Position numbers and translations under genes: made by a program
Origin: Nageia nagi
Lineage: Eukaryota; Plantae; Pinophyta
Assembly: GCA_050084985.1 (NCBI GenBank)
Contig: JBITNC010000002.1
Location: 29,140,001-29,204,000 of the forward strand
Length of the DNA stretch: 64,000 nucleotides
Direction: 5' to 3'
The notes under the pieces: model-generated
The model's database searches: none
What the model was told of the DNA's origin: nothing
The model's input: the letters and a program-made list of their open reading frames with translations, nothing else
In this document: positions 13,174 to 24,851 of the stretch, piece after piece
How the letters are laid out: every line of letters begins with the position of its first letter
How positions within the stretch are numbered: the stretch's first letter is position 1

Positions 13174-13334
13174 CTTGTGCTCCGTTGTCTTTTTTGTCTG
13201 GGCTTCTTGTTCGCTATGGAGCAGATTTGATTGGCACTATGAATAATGGTGAAGTCAGCATGGTGCAGATTCTTTCTCTGTATAAACATTATCTTCGTGC
13301 AGATGATTTTAATATTAAGGTCCGGTCATTACAG
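13174..13334 (+). CDS. SCC2: SCC2 exon 10 (apparent 1-nt deletion near 13200-13202)
   Basis: ttttgcag acceptor; LVLRCLFCL in one frame, then LLVRYGADLIG...DDFNIKVRSLQ in another; 161 nt between phase-0 junctions. Confidence 0.88.
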
Positions 13335-13458
13335 GTATTTTTACTCTTTTGTTTCTACAATTATCGTTTTTCTATCTATATTGCTACGGGAAACCAAACG
13401 GTTTTACTGTTCTTTCGGTGTTTTTTATAAGTTTGCATTCTTTTTATATATTGTGTAG

Positions 13459-13563
13459 GCACTAGGTTTCTTTTTTATCGCTAGACCTGAATTCATGATG
13501 GAAAAGGATATTGGAAGAATTTTAGAGGCATCTTTGTCTTCTGGTGCTGACATACGTTTCAAG
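13459..13563 (+). CDS. SCC2: SCC2 exon 11
   Basis: ALGFFFIARPEFMMEKDIGRILEASLSSGADIRFK; 105 nt. Confidence 0.93.
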
Positions 13564-13648
13564 GTATTATAATATCTGTTACATTTCAGTTGGCCTATGA
13601 GTCTGTTAGCTTATGATCTAATTTTAGTCAATAATATCATTGAAGCAG

Positions 13649-13885
13649 ATGCAAACTTTACGCAACTTCCATGACTATCTTGTTGATATTGAGGAGCAAA
13701 TGGGGACAGATGACTCAAATAACTCTTCTAAACACAGAAATCGACCAGAGTCTGGTCGTGCAGTACCTGTTGCTGCTGGAACGGGTGATAGTAATATTTG
13801 TGGAGGTATAATCCAGTTGCATTGGAATAACATATTGGACAGATGCTTGGATATGAATGATCAAGTTCGCCAGTCTGCTCTAAAG
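13649..13885 (+). CDS. SCC2: SCC2 exon 12
   Basis: MQTLRNFHDYL...VPVAAGTGDSNICGGIIQLHWNNILDRCLDMNDQVRQSALK (Nipped-B C-terminal domain); 237 nt. Confidence 0.93.
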
Positions 13886-14108
13886 GTACAATGCCTGGCA
13901 AGAACTTGTTTTATGTAATTTTTCTTCTCTGTTTTCTTTCCATGGCCTGATTTTATAGCTTTCTTAGTGTAATTTTACTAGCATTTTCGACTTGTAAACC
14001 TCTTTTTGATGCAAACAATAATTGTATGCTTCATTAACATTTATTTTTTTAATATTTTAATGACTAGAAATAATGCATTTTGAAACGGTTTTCCGGTATA
14101 TTTATCAG

Positions 14109-14242
14109 CTTGTGGAGATTGTGCTTCGGCAAGGTCTCGTTCATCCTATTACATGTGTCCCATATCTGATAGCTTTGGAAGTTGATCAGCAGGAGCTAAA
14201 TTCAAAGCTGGCACATCAGTTGCTAATGCATATGAATGAGAA
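14109..14242 (+). CDS. SCC2: SCC2 exon 13
   Basis: LVEIVLRQGLVHPITCVPYLIALEVD...HMNE; contains the conserved QGLVHP..CVPYLIAL NIPBL motif. Confidence 0.95.
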
Positions 14243-14345
14243 GTATACCGTTTATTTCAGTTTGTTTTTTTCCGGATCGGCATCATTGTTTTTCATCATA
14301 TGCAGAACAGATTTTACTTGTAGTCTAACATGGTCATCCTTTTAG

Positions 14346-14630
14346 GTATCCATCATTTTTTGAAAGCCGCTTGGGTGATGGTCTACAGTTGTCATTCAAA
14401 TTCATCCAATCAAGTGCTTCTAGTTCTGTTCAATCATTGACTACTAGCAAGGGATCAACAAATGCAAAAAGTAAAAATGATGGGAGCACATCAGCAGCTG
14501 CCAAAGTGGGAATATCTCGGATATATAAGCTTATTCGTGGCAGTCGTATCTCAAGAAACAAATTTCTGGCATCTATCATAAGGAAATTTGATTTTGGAAA
14601 TTGGAGCTATTCTCCACTTCCATTCTTAGT
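14346..14630 (+). CDS. SCC2: SCC2 exon 14
   Basis: [20 protein letters not shown]...[28 protein letters not shown]...PFL; gtaagt donor. Confidence 0.94.
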
Positions 14631-14733
14631 GTAAGTTACAAGCATATTCTTGGATAATTTCTCAATTTAATCTGATCTCAAGAAAAATGAAATCTTACTA
14701 TTTTCTGAATGAAAATTTTTAACTATTTTCCAG

Positions 14734-15037
14734 GTACTGTGCTGAAGTCCTGGCTTCACTTCCTTTCACGTTACCTGATGAACCTCTCTACCTAGTTTAT
14801 GCGATAAATAGGATTGTGCAAGTAAGAGCTGGAAGTTTGGAATCTGACATGAAGTCTCTGATCTCAAATAGTCCTTTAGGAGCTATAGTAAAGGTCACTA
14901 TTGAAGCAAGGGAACCTGAGAAAGACAAGGAAGGTGAAGAAGCATACAATATTGAAAGTATTGAGACAATCAATAGATCTTCAAATGATGGAGATGATAC
15001 CCAAGGCATTCCAGATGTATACATACAAAAATTGAAG
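14734..15037 (+). CDS. SCC2: SCC2 exon 15
   Basis: [36 protein letters not shown]...IQKLK; 304 nt, phase consistent with neighbours. Confidence 0.93.
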
Positions 15038-15936
15038 GTTCGGCAATATATATGTTCTCTTGAATTTTTGGCCTGGCTATAGGAAGCTTTTATTATGAGT
15101 TATACAAATATTTCTTTTTCAAAGAATTTCAGAGAGTCTTTTATCAGCCTGACTGCCTATGTGATGTTTCAACAAAGAAAATAATGTTACAGGGAAAATA
15201 AATTGAGTTTTCTCTTTTTTTGGATGGTATTTACTCTGTGAGAATTAAAGCCAAGGCGAGCTTTTAGGGCTCATGTTTTCTTTTCTCTGATACTATAAAC
15301 TGAAATTTGTTTCCATTTTGACCTGTCTTCTTGTCTAATATATCCTTCCCTCTTCTTTGTTTTCCTTTGTCGGTTTTTGAAAATCTTCTCAAGCAGAGAT
15401 TGATCTGTCCTTTTATGATTTCTCCTGATATACCTGAATAAATTTGAACGATAGGATAAGGGTTCATAGTAATCTCTGTTTTAGTCTGTAAGGAAATTAC
15501 AATGAGAACAATGGACGGAGTTGTAGCTGTTACAGAAACGAATGCAAAATTGGGTTTAATTCATGAATTAGGCTTTATAATAGCTTGTGTTCTGAAGATT
15601 TACTGACCTCTCTAATCACCAATAAGTAATATGTCAGAATGTGCAGATGGAATATGTAGTGGAAGGAGTGAAATATCCAGAGCTGCAAAATGTAATTATT
15701 GTTAAGGGAGACAGCAAATGTTGATGTGAAGTGTTCTGTAGAAATTGTTTTTTGAGTAGAAGTCAACTAATCTGTTTTACAGACAGTGGTGTATTGGATA
15801 GTCACTTCTTGTCTTGATCGAGTTTTCTTCATAGTCTAGATTATAAGTATAGCGTAACGGTTGTTGCAATATTCATTTTTTGTTAAGACTGAATAACATC
15901 TGAAACAATTCTGTTTCTGTGTTGATCTCATTCCAG

Positions 15937-16029
15937 GCTGATTGCTATGCTGCTATTTCCTTGTCGTTGCTGTTAAAGCTGAAAAGGCACTTGAAAGTTG
16001 TCTACAACTTGAATGATGCCCGTTGTCAG
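15937..16029 (+). CDS. SCC2: SCC2 exon 16
   Basis: [31 protein letters not shown] (conserved [10 protein letters not shown] motif). Confidence 0.94.
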
Positions 16030-16196
16030 GTAACCTGCAATGGCTATCAATTCACTTTTAGTTCTTTGAGCTCATTGATAGTCTCATCAAACTTATGCAG
16101 TGCCTTCAGCAATCAAAATACATTGTTTTATGGAAATGTTTAATGTTTAAGACTTTGTGGAAACAACTATATATGTCCTTATCCAAACATTTGCAG

Positions 16197-16322
16197 GCTT
16201 TCTCTCCCACTGAGCCAGTAAAAAGTGGAGAAATATTTTCAAAACAAAACATACAATTTAGTGTTAAGGACACTCCCATCGAGGTTCCAACAGCAGTTTC
16301 TAAAATGCTCGTGCAGTACCAG
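16197..16322 (+). CDS. SCC2: SCC2 exon 17
   Basis: AFSPTEPVKSGEIFSKQNIQFSVKDTPIEVPTAVSKMLVQYQ; gtaaaa donor. Confidence 0.92.
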
Positions 16323-17219
16323 GTAAAATGCCTAATTTTTCATTTTTAGTTAGTATATAGTGTTTTCCACTAAATGAAGCACCGAAACTAGGCATTTTAC
16401 TCTTCTTTGACTGCATGCATTTATTTATGTTTATCTTCACTTCTTAATTTGTTTTAGATAGTAGCGAGTATAGAACTGCAATACATTTTTTGGTCAAATT
16501 TTTTTGGACATATTTACAATTTATCATAGCTTGGACATAGCACTTCATAAGATGGACAGGTTTCACTTTATCCATTTCGTAGGTTTGGTTTGTACCTGTG
16601 CTGTTATGTATGTATTGTTAATGATGCACTTTCTGCCATTCCTTTTGTTTTCACATTTGTTGACAAGTATAAATTTTGTATTCTTCATCTCATACGCTGT
16701 AGCAATGTCAATCCATGTATGTTTTTTAATGATTGTTTTGCATCTTAGCATATAACATTGGCATTTTTTATTTGTATCATATACACAAAAAAAATCAACC
16801 GACTTATAGATTGATAGGATAGGAGTCTTTTAACATATTTTAAAACCCAGTGGTTTGTAGGACCCATAAAAGTTTTTCCAGAAGTAAATAATATATCAAT
16901 TAAGTATTTGAATGATTGTTTCTCATATAAAGAAATTAGTTGTTCATGTGATTGTTATCTTCAAAAAGATTTCAAGTTATGGAAGGCTGGACTTCTGGCC
17001 TTTTGGATATTATCTACCATCTATTACATTCAGATGCTGGAGTGGTCCAGGTGTATTAAAAATTGTATTTAATACCCAGCTACATATTTAGTCGTAAGAT
17101 ACAAATATAGGTGATGATGGTATAACCTAGGGCCTTTTGCATTCTTAGACCTGTAGGATTACAATAAAAAAGAAGACAAACCCCACATACTCTAGTTATA
17201 ATCAATTGAAGTACATATC

Positions 17220-17850
17220 ACCTTCCCCCATCTTAAGACTGCATTGTGCTCAAAGCATAGCAAGAGCAAAACTGGATTTTTTAAGAAGATTCTAATCCTG
17301 CTGTGTCCTAATTTGCTTGGAAATAAATCCTTCAAAGTTCAAACACAAGAGTAACTTATCTTTTTCTGTCCTATAGTAAAGAGACTACTGATAAGATCTG
17401 ATTTTGTGAAGCTAACCTAATGGAAAGTTCCTCATAGACTTGGTTATGGAGATCAATAACTTGATGCGTTCAAAGATTGTTTTACTTCTTGCTATCTTGC
17501 TTAGGCACATCTTCCATAGTGTAGAACCTGATGGCATGCACCATTTATTCCGTACAAATCATTTTCTCAATTCAATATGATAGTAACTGGGTCGTATGTA
17601 AACGTCTCTAAATATATGCTGTTGACCATCTCGGAAGAAGCTCATAAAATACTCTTAAAAACTTATTTGTATTGTTTCTAGTTCTTGTAACCATTCAACG
17701 ACCAAAGTGACATATTGAGATAACTTACTTTTACTTTGTGGATCCTTCGTAGAAATATGTATTTTATGACACTTCAAAATAGCACTACCAGCCATAATAC
17801 AACAAAGACTTTGAATGGTGAATGGATAAGTCAATGGGTTTTTCTATGGA
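17220..17850 (-). mobile_element. Decayed Ty3/gypsy integrase/3' end remnant
   Basis: Minus-strand PPT-like purine run at ~17220-17232 next to a degenerate pol-end motif (rc ...CAATGCAGTCTTAAG); weak integrase-like S..DGQ trace. Boundaries approximate. Confidence 0.4.
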
Positions 17851-20019
17851 AGTGTTAATAAAAACATGAGTACTTTCAGTATCAACTGAAATAATTTCTG
17901 TGTTCTTTTAATGCACTCATGAATCTGGGGATAAGCAATACCTCTGATCAGTGCTAGTGAAACATGAGTTCTATAGAATTACTTGTTCCGTGATTTTGTT
18001 TTCTTTAAATGAAAACTAACAGTCTTTTCAACCTGAACCTCATTGGAATTGACATACTCATTCATGAAGAAAGATATCTTTTTTTTAACCAGCCCTTGGA
18101 CATTCCTTTTTATATTTCTAGTTATCAGGCTAAATAGAATTGCTTTGTTAGGGGTCAAAACTCTTGAAGTTCTGATGTTCCAGCCTAGGCAGTTCTGATG
18201 TGATGAAGATTTTTAGTTTTTTACTATCTTCATCACATGCATTTATAATTCCTTTGTATATGTAATCTCTTAGCCTCTCCAATATAGGCTTCCAACCATA
18301 GTTATGCAATTTGGCAAATATTTGCTGAGTCAATGAAAAAATTGGGCAAAAATTAGAATATGTGATTCTTACTGAATAACTTTCATGATGCATTTTATGT
18401 AATTTATTATTCTTTTGCATTTTTGATTTGCTGCTTTTTTTGCCAAATATTCCCAGAATTGCCGAATTTCATAAGTTTGGAACCGAACGATTTTGGAAAA
18501 AAGGCTCTTAAGGAATATTCCATTTCAGATGCGGTTTGTTGCAGTCTGATTTGCGGATTAAAAATTTGTTTATTTTAGATTAAAACATAGTCAAGTAATC
18601 ACTGAAAACTCTCTTGCCTAACATTTCTTTTGTTTACAAATTGTACAATTTGCACACTTCTCCCATTTATCGCAGGTATGGTTTTGCACTAATCACATGA
18701 AGGATACCCTCCTTTCGGTTGGTTCCACCATGCTTTGTCTATGCTGATACTCAACTACCAATTATAGATCCGTGATCAACAAAAGAGGATGTTGATCTGT
18801 AATCGAGTGCCAAAACTGTGGACTCGACCACTTACAGATTTCAAAGTATTTAAAGATTTGGATGGAAAGATTGATCTTCCAATGCCTATTTTCTAATCTA
18901 TCTTTGATGACAAGAATGCAAAAGATTCACAATTCCCTAGGAAATAGAAACCAAAACAACGACATGGATAATATAAAATGATTTATAGTGGAAAATTCCA
19001 AAACAGTTAAAAAGCACTTCCAAAAGAGCTGAATTCTTATTACGAATACCCTCAATCTTTACAGCCTACAATCCGCCTTGGAAAGCACTTGCAGCCTCAC
19101 AGTTCTTCGTGAATACTACAAAGAGTGCTGATCCTAACTATTTTGCCAAAAGATCCAAATGAATTGTGAAGATACATTTTTATAGGAGGAAGTATCGCCT
19201 CACAATAGATCCTTCTACTCTGACATGCAACTTCAGCTCGTATTTTGCTGATTTGTCACTAATTTGTAACAGTCGGTTTACAACAAGATCTATTTTAAAA
19301 TCTAAGGCTGTTCAGATTCCAATTGAATTTAACTAAGGGTAGTCTCTTTAGTTCCCATCGAGTTCCACCATTAACAGTTGTCATTGTTCTTTAGAATCTC
19401 AGTTCGGTTACAAATTCTCTTTCTGCTAGCTGGTGCCAGATGTGAGACATTCTCCTAGCCTCCTTATCTCCACAATGCCAAATTGCCATTATCAATCACC
19501 ATGTCATCGAATTCCACAACACACGTGTCATCTTTTGCCACACTTACCATGTTTTGCCAAATTCATTAGGATAAAAACCTATGTTCCATGAAGCTTCTAG
19601 GTGGGGTACGACGAGTTGCATCCCTAGGATTGGGATGACTTGGGCCTGATTTTGGATATGACAATATTAAATTATAATAAATATATATAAAAATATTAAT
19701 AGCAATATCAAGAATACTGAGCCATAGTTTTTTTTGTTTTTTGAGTGAGGTTTAACTATTAGCTATATTATTTATAATATATTTAAATTTAATAATATTT
19801 TTAATAATTTAAATATTAATTAATTTTTGTTTAAAATAATTATATTTTAAAGGTTAAGAATTAAATATTTGAATTGTATTAAAACTTAGAAGGGTAAATA
19901 ATTAAATATGTTAAAAATTAGATAATTTAAACATTTTAAACAATTTAAAGTTGAAAGTATTAAAACACTTATGTATATAAAGTCATTTATCGCAAAATAA
20001 ATACCCTTACACAATATTG

Positions 20020-20093
20020 ACAATTGAATTGCTTGAGAGATGGAGGACAACAATGCACAATTGAATTGCTTGAGAGATGGAGGACAACAATGC
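20020..20093 (+). repeat. Perfect 37-bp tandem duplication inside the hAT element
   Basis: ACAATTGAATTGCTTGAGAGATGGAGGACAACAATGC x2. Confidence 0.9.
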
Positions 20094-20214
20094 ACCTACA
20101 AATACACCTTTAAGAAAACACCACAAATCATGATTGTATTCAGATTGTTTGTTGGGCGTCTCTCAACACTTTCTTCACACAAGAATAATACCCATCACCT
20201 CTAGATTGCCCACT

Positions 20215-20520
20215 ACCATCCCCGTTGCTGCACTTTGTTAAGAGGGTTGTCTCAATGAGGTTGTGCATGTGTTTTATAATGTTCATCACATCATGGATTC
20301 CTCCATGTATGTTTGTAAAGAGGGCCATTTCAACGAGGTTGTGCGTGCGTTGCAAAATGTTCATCACATCATGGACTCCTCCACATGTTTTGTATCTTAT
20401 AGTGTTGCATTTAGAAGAAAGCCTTACACTAGGTCGAGTGCATCCATGTTTTCATTCACCATCGCAATCATGTCGAGATTCATAGAAGATATTTTTGCAC
20501 AAGGACACCTAGTTGTTTCT
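20215..20520 (+). pseudogene. Captured fragment of the N-terminal region of a PLS-class pentatricopeptide-repeat gene
   Basis: VAALC*EGCLNEVVHVFYNVHHIMDSSMYV-CKEGHFNEVVRALQNVHHIMDSST/CIL*CCI*KKALH*VECIHVFI/RFIEDIFAQGHLV resembles the PLS-PPR pattern LCKEGRL.EA..IL..DSSTY..LLQ.CI.KKAL..GK.IH..I...F..DIF..N.LV. Recognised by eye, not by search. Confidence 0.62.
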
Positions 20521-20999
20521 TGGACCTCAGGAGGATGCCTACCCATCCCCTAGGCATCCCACAAAAAGTGGGAATGCTCTGGAGGGGTTGAAGGCAAAGT
20601 AGGATGGGAGTGGGATGTTTCGTACCATCCTTACGTTCGTAAAATGCTTAGTATGGCACATAGATAAAAACCATTGCCATTGTATTAGATTGCCAGGATA
20701 GAAACCTTGATAAACTCCTATCAATTGTTAGCATAAAAACATTTAAGACTCATCACATTCATCAGTATTCTTCATGTCCACCACAATAAAAACCTTAGCA
20801 TATTTAGTCTTGAGCTCATTGTGATCAATCTTTGATCAAGCTTCCCAAATAGTTGGTATGAGATATTATCGGGAAATGAAATATTACGATAGCTGGGCAT
20901 GGTAGATAGAGGACCTATACTTAAAACCCTAGGAAAGGTAATCAAAACGAAGCTGATGAAATTGGTTGATTTGATTGGGGAAAAATCGGAGTTGAGGGG

Positions 21000-21680
21000 G
21001 AGAGGACAAGAATAACGAATGTTGGAATGTCAATTTGCTTTAACTTACCACACATTTTTATGGGGGAAAGGGTTAAGATGAATTATTCTTCAACAAATCT
21101 TTTACTTCACTGCAAAGGAATGATTGGCTAGATGTTTTCTTTGCATATAAAAGCTTGCAAAAGCCAATTGATTATTATGCTTTGGTCGATTGATGGTAAT
21201 AACTTATATATTGGGTTGTCTATTAAGAGAAGATTTGAAGTTCAATGATCTTGTTAGGGTATGGAGAAGGAAAGCCAACGAGACTATAGTTGAATAGGGG
21301 GTAGGGTTTGACTTTGTATTGTTGAATAATGCCTAGTGGATTCAAGTTGCTAGTGAGTTCTCAAATCATTTTAATGGCGAAGTATTATTCCTAAGGGTGA
21401 CTCGCAGAATTGTGCCTCCCATCTTTGTCAACAAATGGGCACCGAAAAGAATCTCACATTTGCTTGATGTTGGCAAAGATAGGGAAACATTTGTTAGTGC
21501 AACCCACCAATGACCATTGAATAGTTAGGACAAAGAGAGGCCAAGCATTAGGGGAAATGCACAACATAAACAAGCCATTATTGATTGATGGAAAAACATT
21601 GATTGCTTGGATTTATGCTTGTTTTGCAATTTGAATATGTGATTGGCCTAACTTGTTGATTAATGAATCAAGCCTATTAC
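21000..21680 (-). mobile_element. Possible decayed LINE ORF1 fragment
   Basis: Minus-strand trace ..LFNGHWWVALTNVSLS.. resembles the L1 ORF1 WVxLxxxPL motif; heavily degraded. Confidence 0.3.
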
Positions 21681-21734
21681 ATGGTACTAAGATTGACATA
21701 TGAGCAAGGGTACTAGGATAGGGGATGCTAACAT

Positions 21735-24479
21735 GCTACCCCTCTTGGAAAGAGCTTTTTTTTTCACATCTTCAAGTACCAAACCTCAGTACTAGATAAG
21801 ATTTTTATTAATGCTGCCCTTGTGAAGCTATGGGTGTGTCATTCAAAGACTCTTCTAGTTCAACCACAATGGAGCCATCCTTTGAAAACTTAGGTAACTA
21901 TGTTTGAATCTTCACTTGGGAAACCAACAAACTTCTTGAGACAAGAGACATGAAATACCGGGTAAATTTTTGAAGATTCATGCACTCTTGAATTGGAAGA
22001 ATTTTTTAAGATTCCAATGCTTCTGAATGTCATGTCAAAAGTTGTTGCAACTTCACTTCCCTTTGTCTTTCCTTGGTCGTATACATTGAAAATAACTATG
22101 CAATCATTCCTTTTGTGATGGCCCAGCTTGCAATCCTTTAAAGGTGTACTTCTATCCTACCGTGAATTGCATTCACAATTCTGCAAAGCCCCACAAGAGT
22201 GGTCCTAATATTTGCAACCATTGAGCCCATAAGACAACATCACATTCTCTCAATGGAAGTGCATACATGTTTTGACTTCAGATTATATTTCGCCCATGGA
22301 CATCTTAACATTTCGACATTTTCCCTTGCATGCAATTTTTCCTCCATTGCCTGTGATCACCTTAAAGTTATTACAGGGTTAGATGTAACAGTTTTCTTGC
22401 CTAGCCACCTTTGGGTCAATAAAATCATATGTACTGCTTGAATCAATGAGTACAATGATGGTTTGTCACTGAAAGCGTTTGTGGACTTTCATTGTTTGAC
22501 GAGAAGAAAATCTTGCAAGAGCATTAACAAAGATTTCGGGGGTGTCTTCATTTGAGTTATTAGGTTTTTTTTGACACTTCTTCCACCTCTACCTCCTCTA
22601 CACCATTGGAAACATCTGCATTTAACAAATACAACTTTTGTGTGGTACATTTATGGTCGACTCATATTTCTCATTGCAATTATAGCAAAGGCCCTTTACG
22701 TTCCTTCATTTCATTAGGATTGAACCACTTGACCTGTAAGGGTGGATTGGGTTTTGGGGCAGATTGAGTAACTTGTGGTTTTTCAACAGGTTGCTTTCTT
22801 TGATGACGTTGAGAATGGAATTTATCTTCCACCAACTTAGCTAATCCAATTGCCTCCATCATGTTACTGGGATTGAACATCTTCACTTCCACTCTAATTT
22901 CTTCTTTCAACCCATTCATGAAGCAACTCTTGATCACCTAACCTCTTTGTGCAATTTGCAAGTTTCTCAAACTGAGCCTAACTTTTTGCGCCTTAAGGAC
23001 CTAGTTGAGTGAGAAATATTGTTCTGCCTAATAAAACCAACTGGTTGGTTTATCTCCATCAAAGTTTGGAAGATATAATTTAGTTCTTCTTGGGAGAGTG
23101 GATGCATGTTGAACCCATGGTTTATCTGTTGTGTCTGTTCTGAAGATTGTTGAGAACTTGAACTTAGTGTGTTTTGAGATTGTGTTGCTACTGCTGATTG
23201 CACCATTTGTTGTACTTGCATCAGGTTCTTGTTCAACTAGTCATATTTAGCATTCAATATGGTCATGCTTGTCTCCATGTCTTGAAAAGCATGCGTGAGG
23301 TTAGCTTGAGTGAGAATCTCCTTGATTTGTTTAATGTCATGGTTCAATTTCTTTATGATGGGGTCTTGATATCATCTTCCTTTAGCCATTTAAAATTGCT
23401 GAAAAGAAATTTCCTGTATTGAAATGCTTTTTTTTTTTTTAAATTAAAATCAATAACTCTCTTGAACTGTACTAAAATCTCTACTCTACCAAATATTTTC
23501 AACCAGATCTAAAATTCTATCAAAAATGATATCAAATGCAAAAGTTGTGAATGTTTTACCTTTGTCCTTTTTTCCGAAAAATCTGGATCTAGGGTTTTTG
23601 GAAGAAACACCAATTTTCACAAAGTCGGCCAATATAGCTCCAAATGATTTGAAATTTTGAGTGCATGATTCCTTTGTACCCTTAAATACTGTACCCAAAA
23701 ATCCGATTTAAATTCATGTTATTTCACCCTTCGGAATAACTTTAGTTGAAAACATAAAATCCTCAAAATTTTATCAAAATATTCGCACGAATGATTGAGA
23801 TATCATCAGTTTTCTTGAGATTGCCAAAATTTCGATAGTTTTGCCTAAGTCTTGCAAAACTGCCTAGATGATTTCAAAATTATTGATAATCTTCAGATCT
23901 TCTCACAAGAGACCAAGATCATGCTTTGATACTAGATGTTATGACCCTGAGGGTTCAACACAAAATTTGTCTAGTCTTTAAATAATATTCTTCAAATAAG
24001 AATCTTCAAACAATAGTCTTCAAATAAGAATCTTCAAACAATAGTCTTCAAACAAAGGATAACACAAGAAGATCATACAATGGAGAAAGCCTCAAAACAA
24101 CTTTATTGAGTATCAAGAGTTGCAAGCCACTTTGAGTGGGCTTCCTCCTTACAACTTCAAAGACAATAGTTTTTCCTAGATGTCCTCTCTACCTCTCTTA
24201 CAAATATTTATAGTAACACTACCCTAACCCTAATGGTGGTTCAATATTTGAGTATTACAAAATGACAGTTCACCTTACAAAACAAAATATGGCGGTTCAC
24301 ATTACATGTCAGTACAAGCCGATATATCAGTTAACTATATTGTTAATAATAATTAAATGTTAGGATAAAGGATCCTAAAAAATACATAATATTGATTTCT
24401 AGCACTATTAGCTTAAGCCATGTGACTAGCTTATGATGCTCAACTACTTGATAGGTTTCCATTGATCAATTGTATGACA
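21735..24479 (-). mobile_element. Internally deleted Ty3/gypsy (chromovirus-like) LTR retrotransposon
   Basis: 5' LTR ~23937-24479 (TGTTATGA...TGTATGACA); degenerate tRNA-Met PBS (rc TAGTATCAAAGC) at ~23923-23934; gag ORF SCFMNGLKEEIRVEVKMFNPSNMMEAIGLAKLVEDK (22680-22937); integrase C-terminal VFHVSCLKK at ~21930-21960; PPT at ~21738-21750. Confidence 0.8.
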
Positions 24480-24851
24480 TTCAATTGATTTTGGATAAAG
24501 AGGCTATCTGACTCCACTAATGAGTGTTGTTCTTTTGTTTGTTTTTTTGTATTGGGTAGCCAAGGACATTCTCTTAGTTCAAGCACTCAACTCATTGTTA
24601 TGTCAGTTTGTTGTTGCTTATCACACTTGTAAGTTGGGTCTCAATATTCTTGTTTGAGATTGACCATATGGCAAAAAGATAGGGTATAAGGATAAAAATG
24701 AGAAAGTGTTTTTTTCTTTCTTTGTTGCACTTGCATCAAAGGCCCTAAGGATGGTTCCTTCTTTCCCATTGTTACAATATGAAAGTTGCTTTCAACACTA
24801 GATGATTATTCCTCATTGCTTAATGTTGTTCATTCTACTTGTCAGCCTCAT

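Larger units (their letters stand above)
19579..20663. mobile_element. Pack-hAT: non-autonomous hAT element carrying a PPR gene fragment
   Basis: TIRs CTATGTTCCAT / ATGGCACATAG; perfect 8-bp TSD ATAAAAAC (19571-19578, 20664-20671); CATCCC/GGGATG subterminal repeats. Confidence 0.88.
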
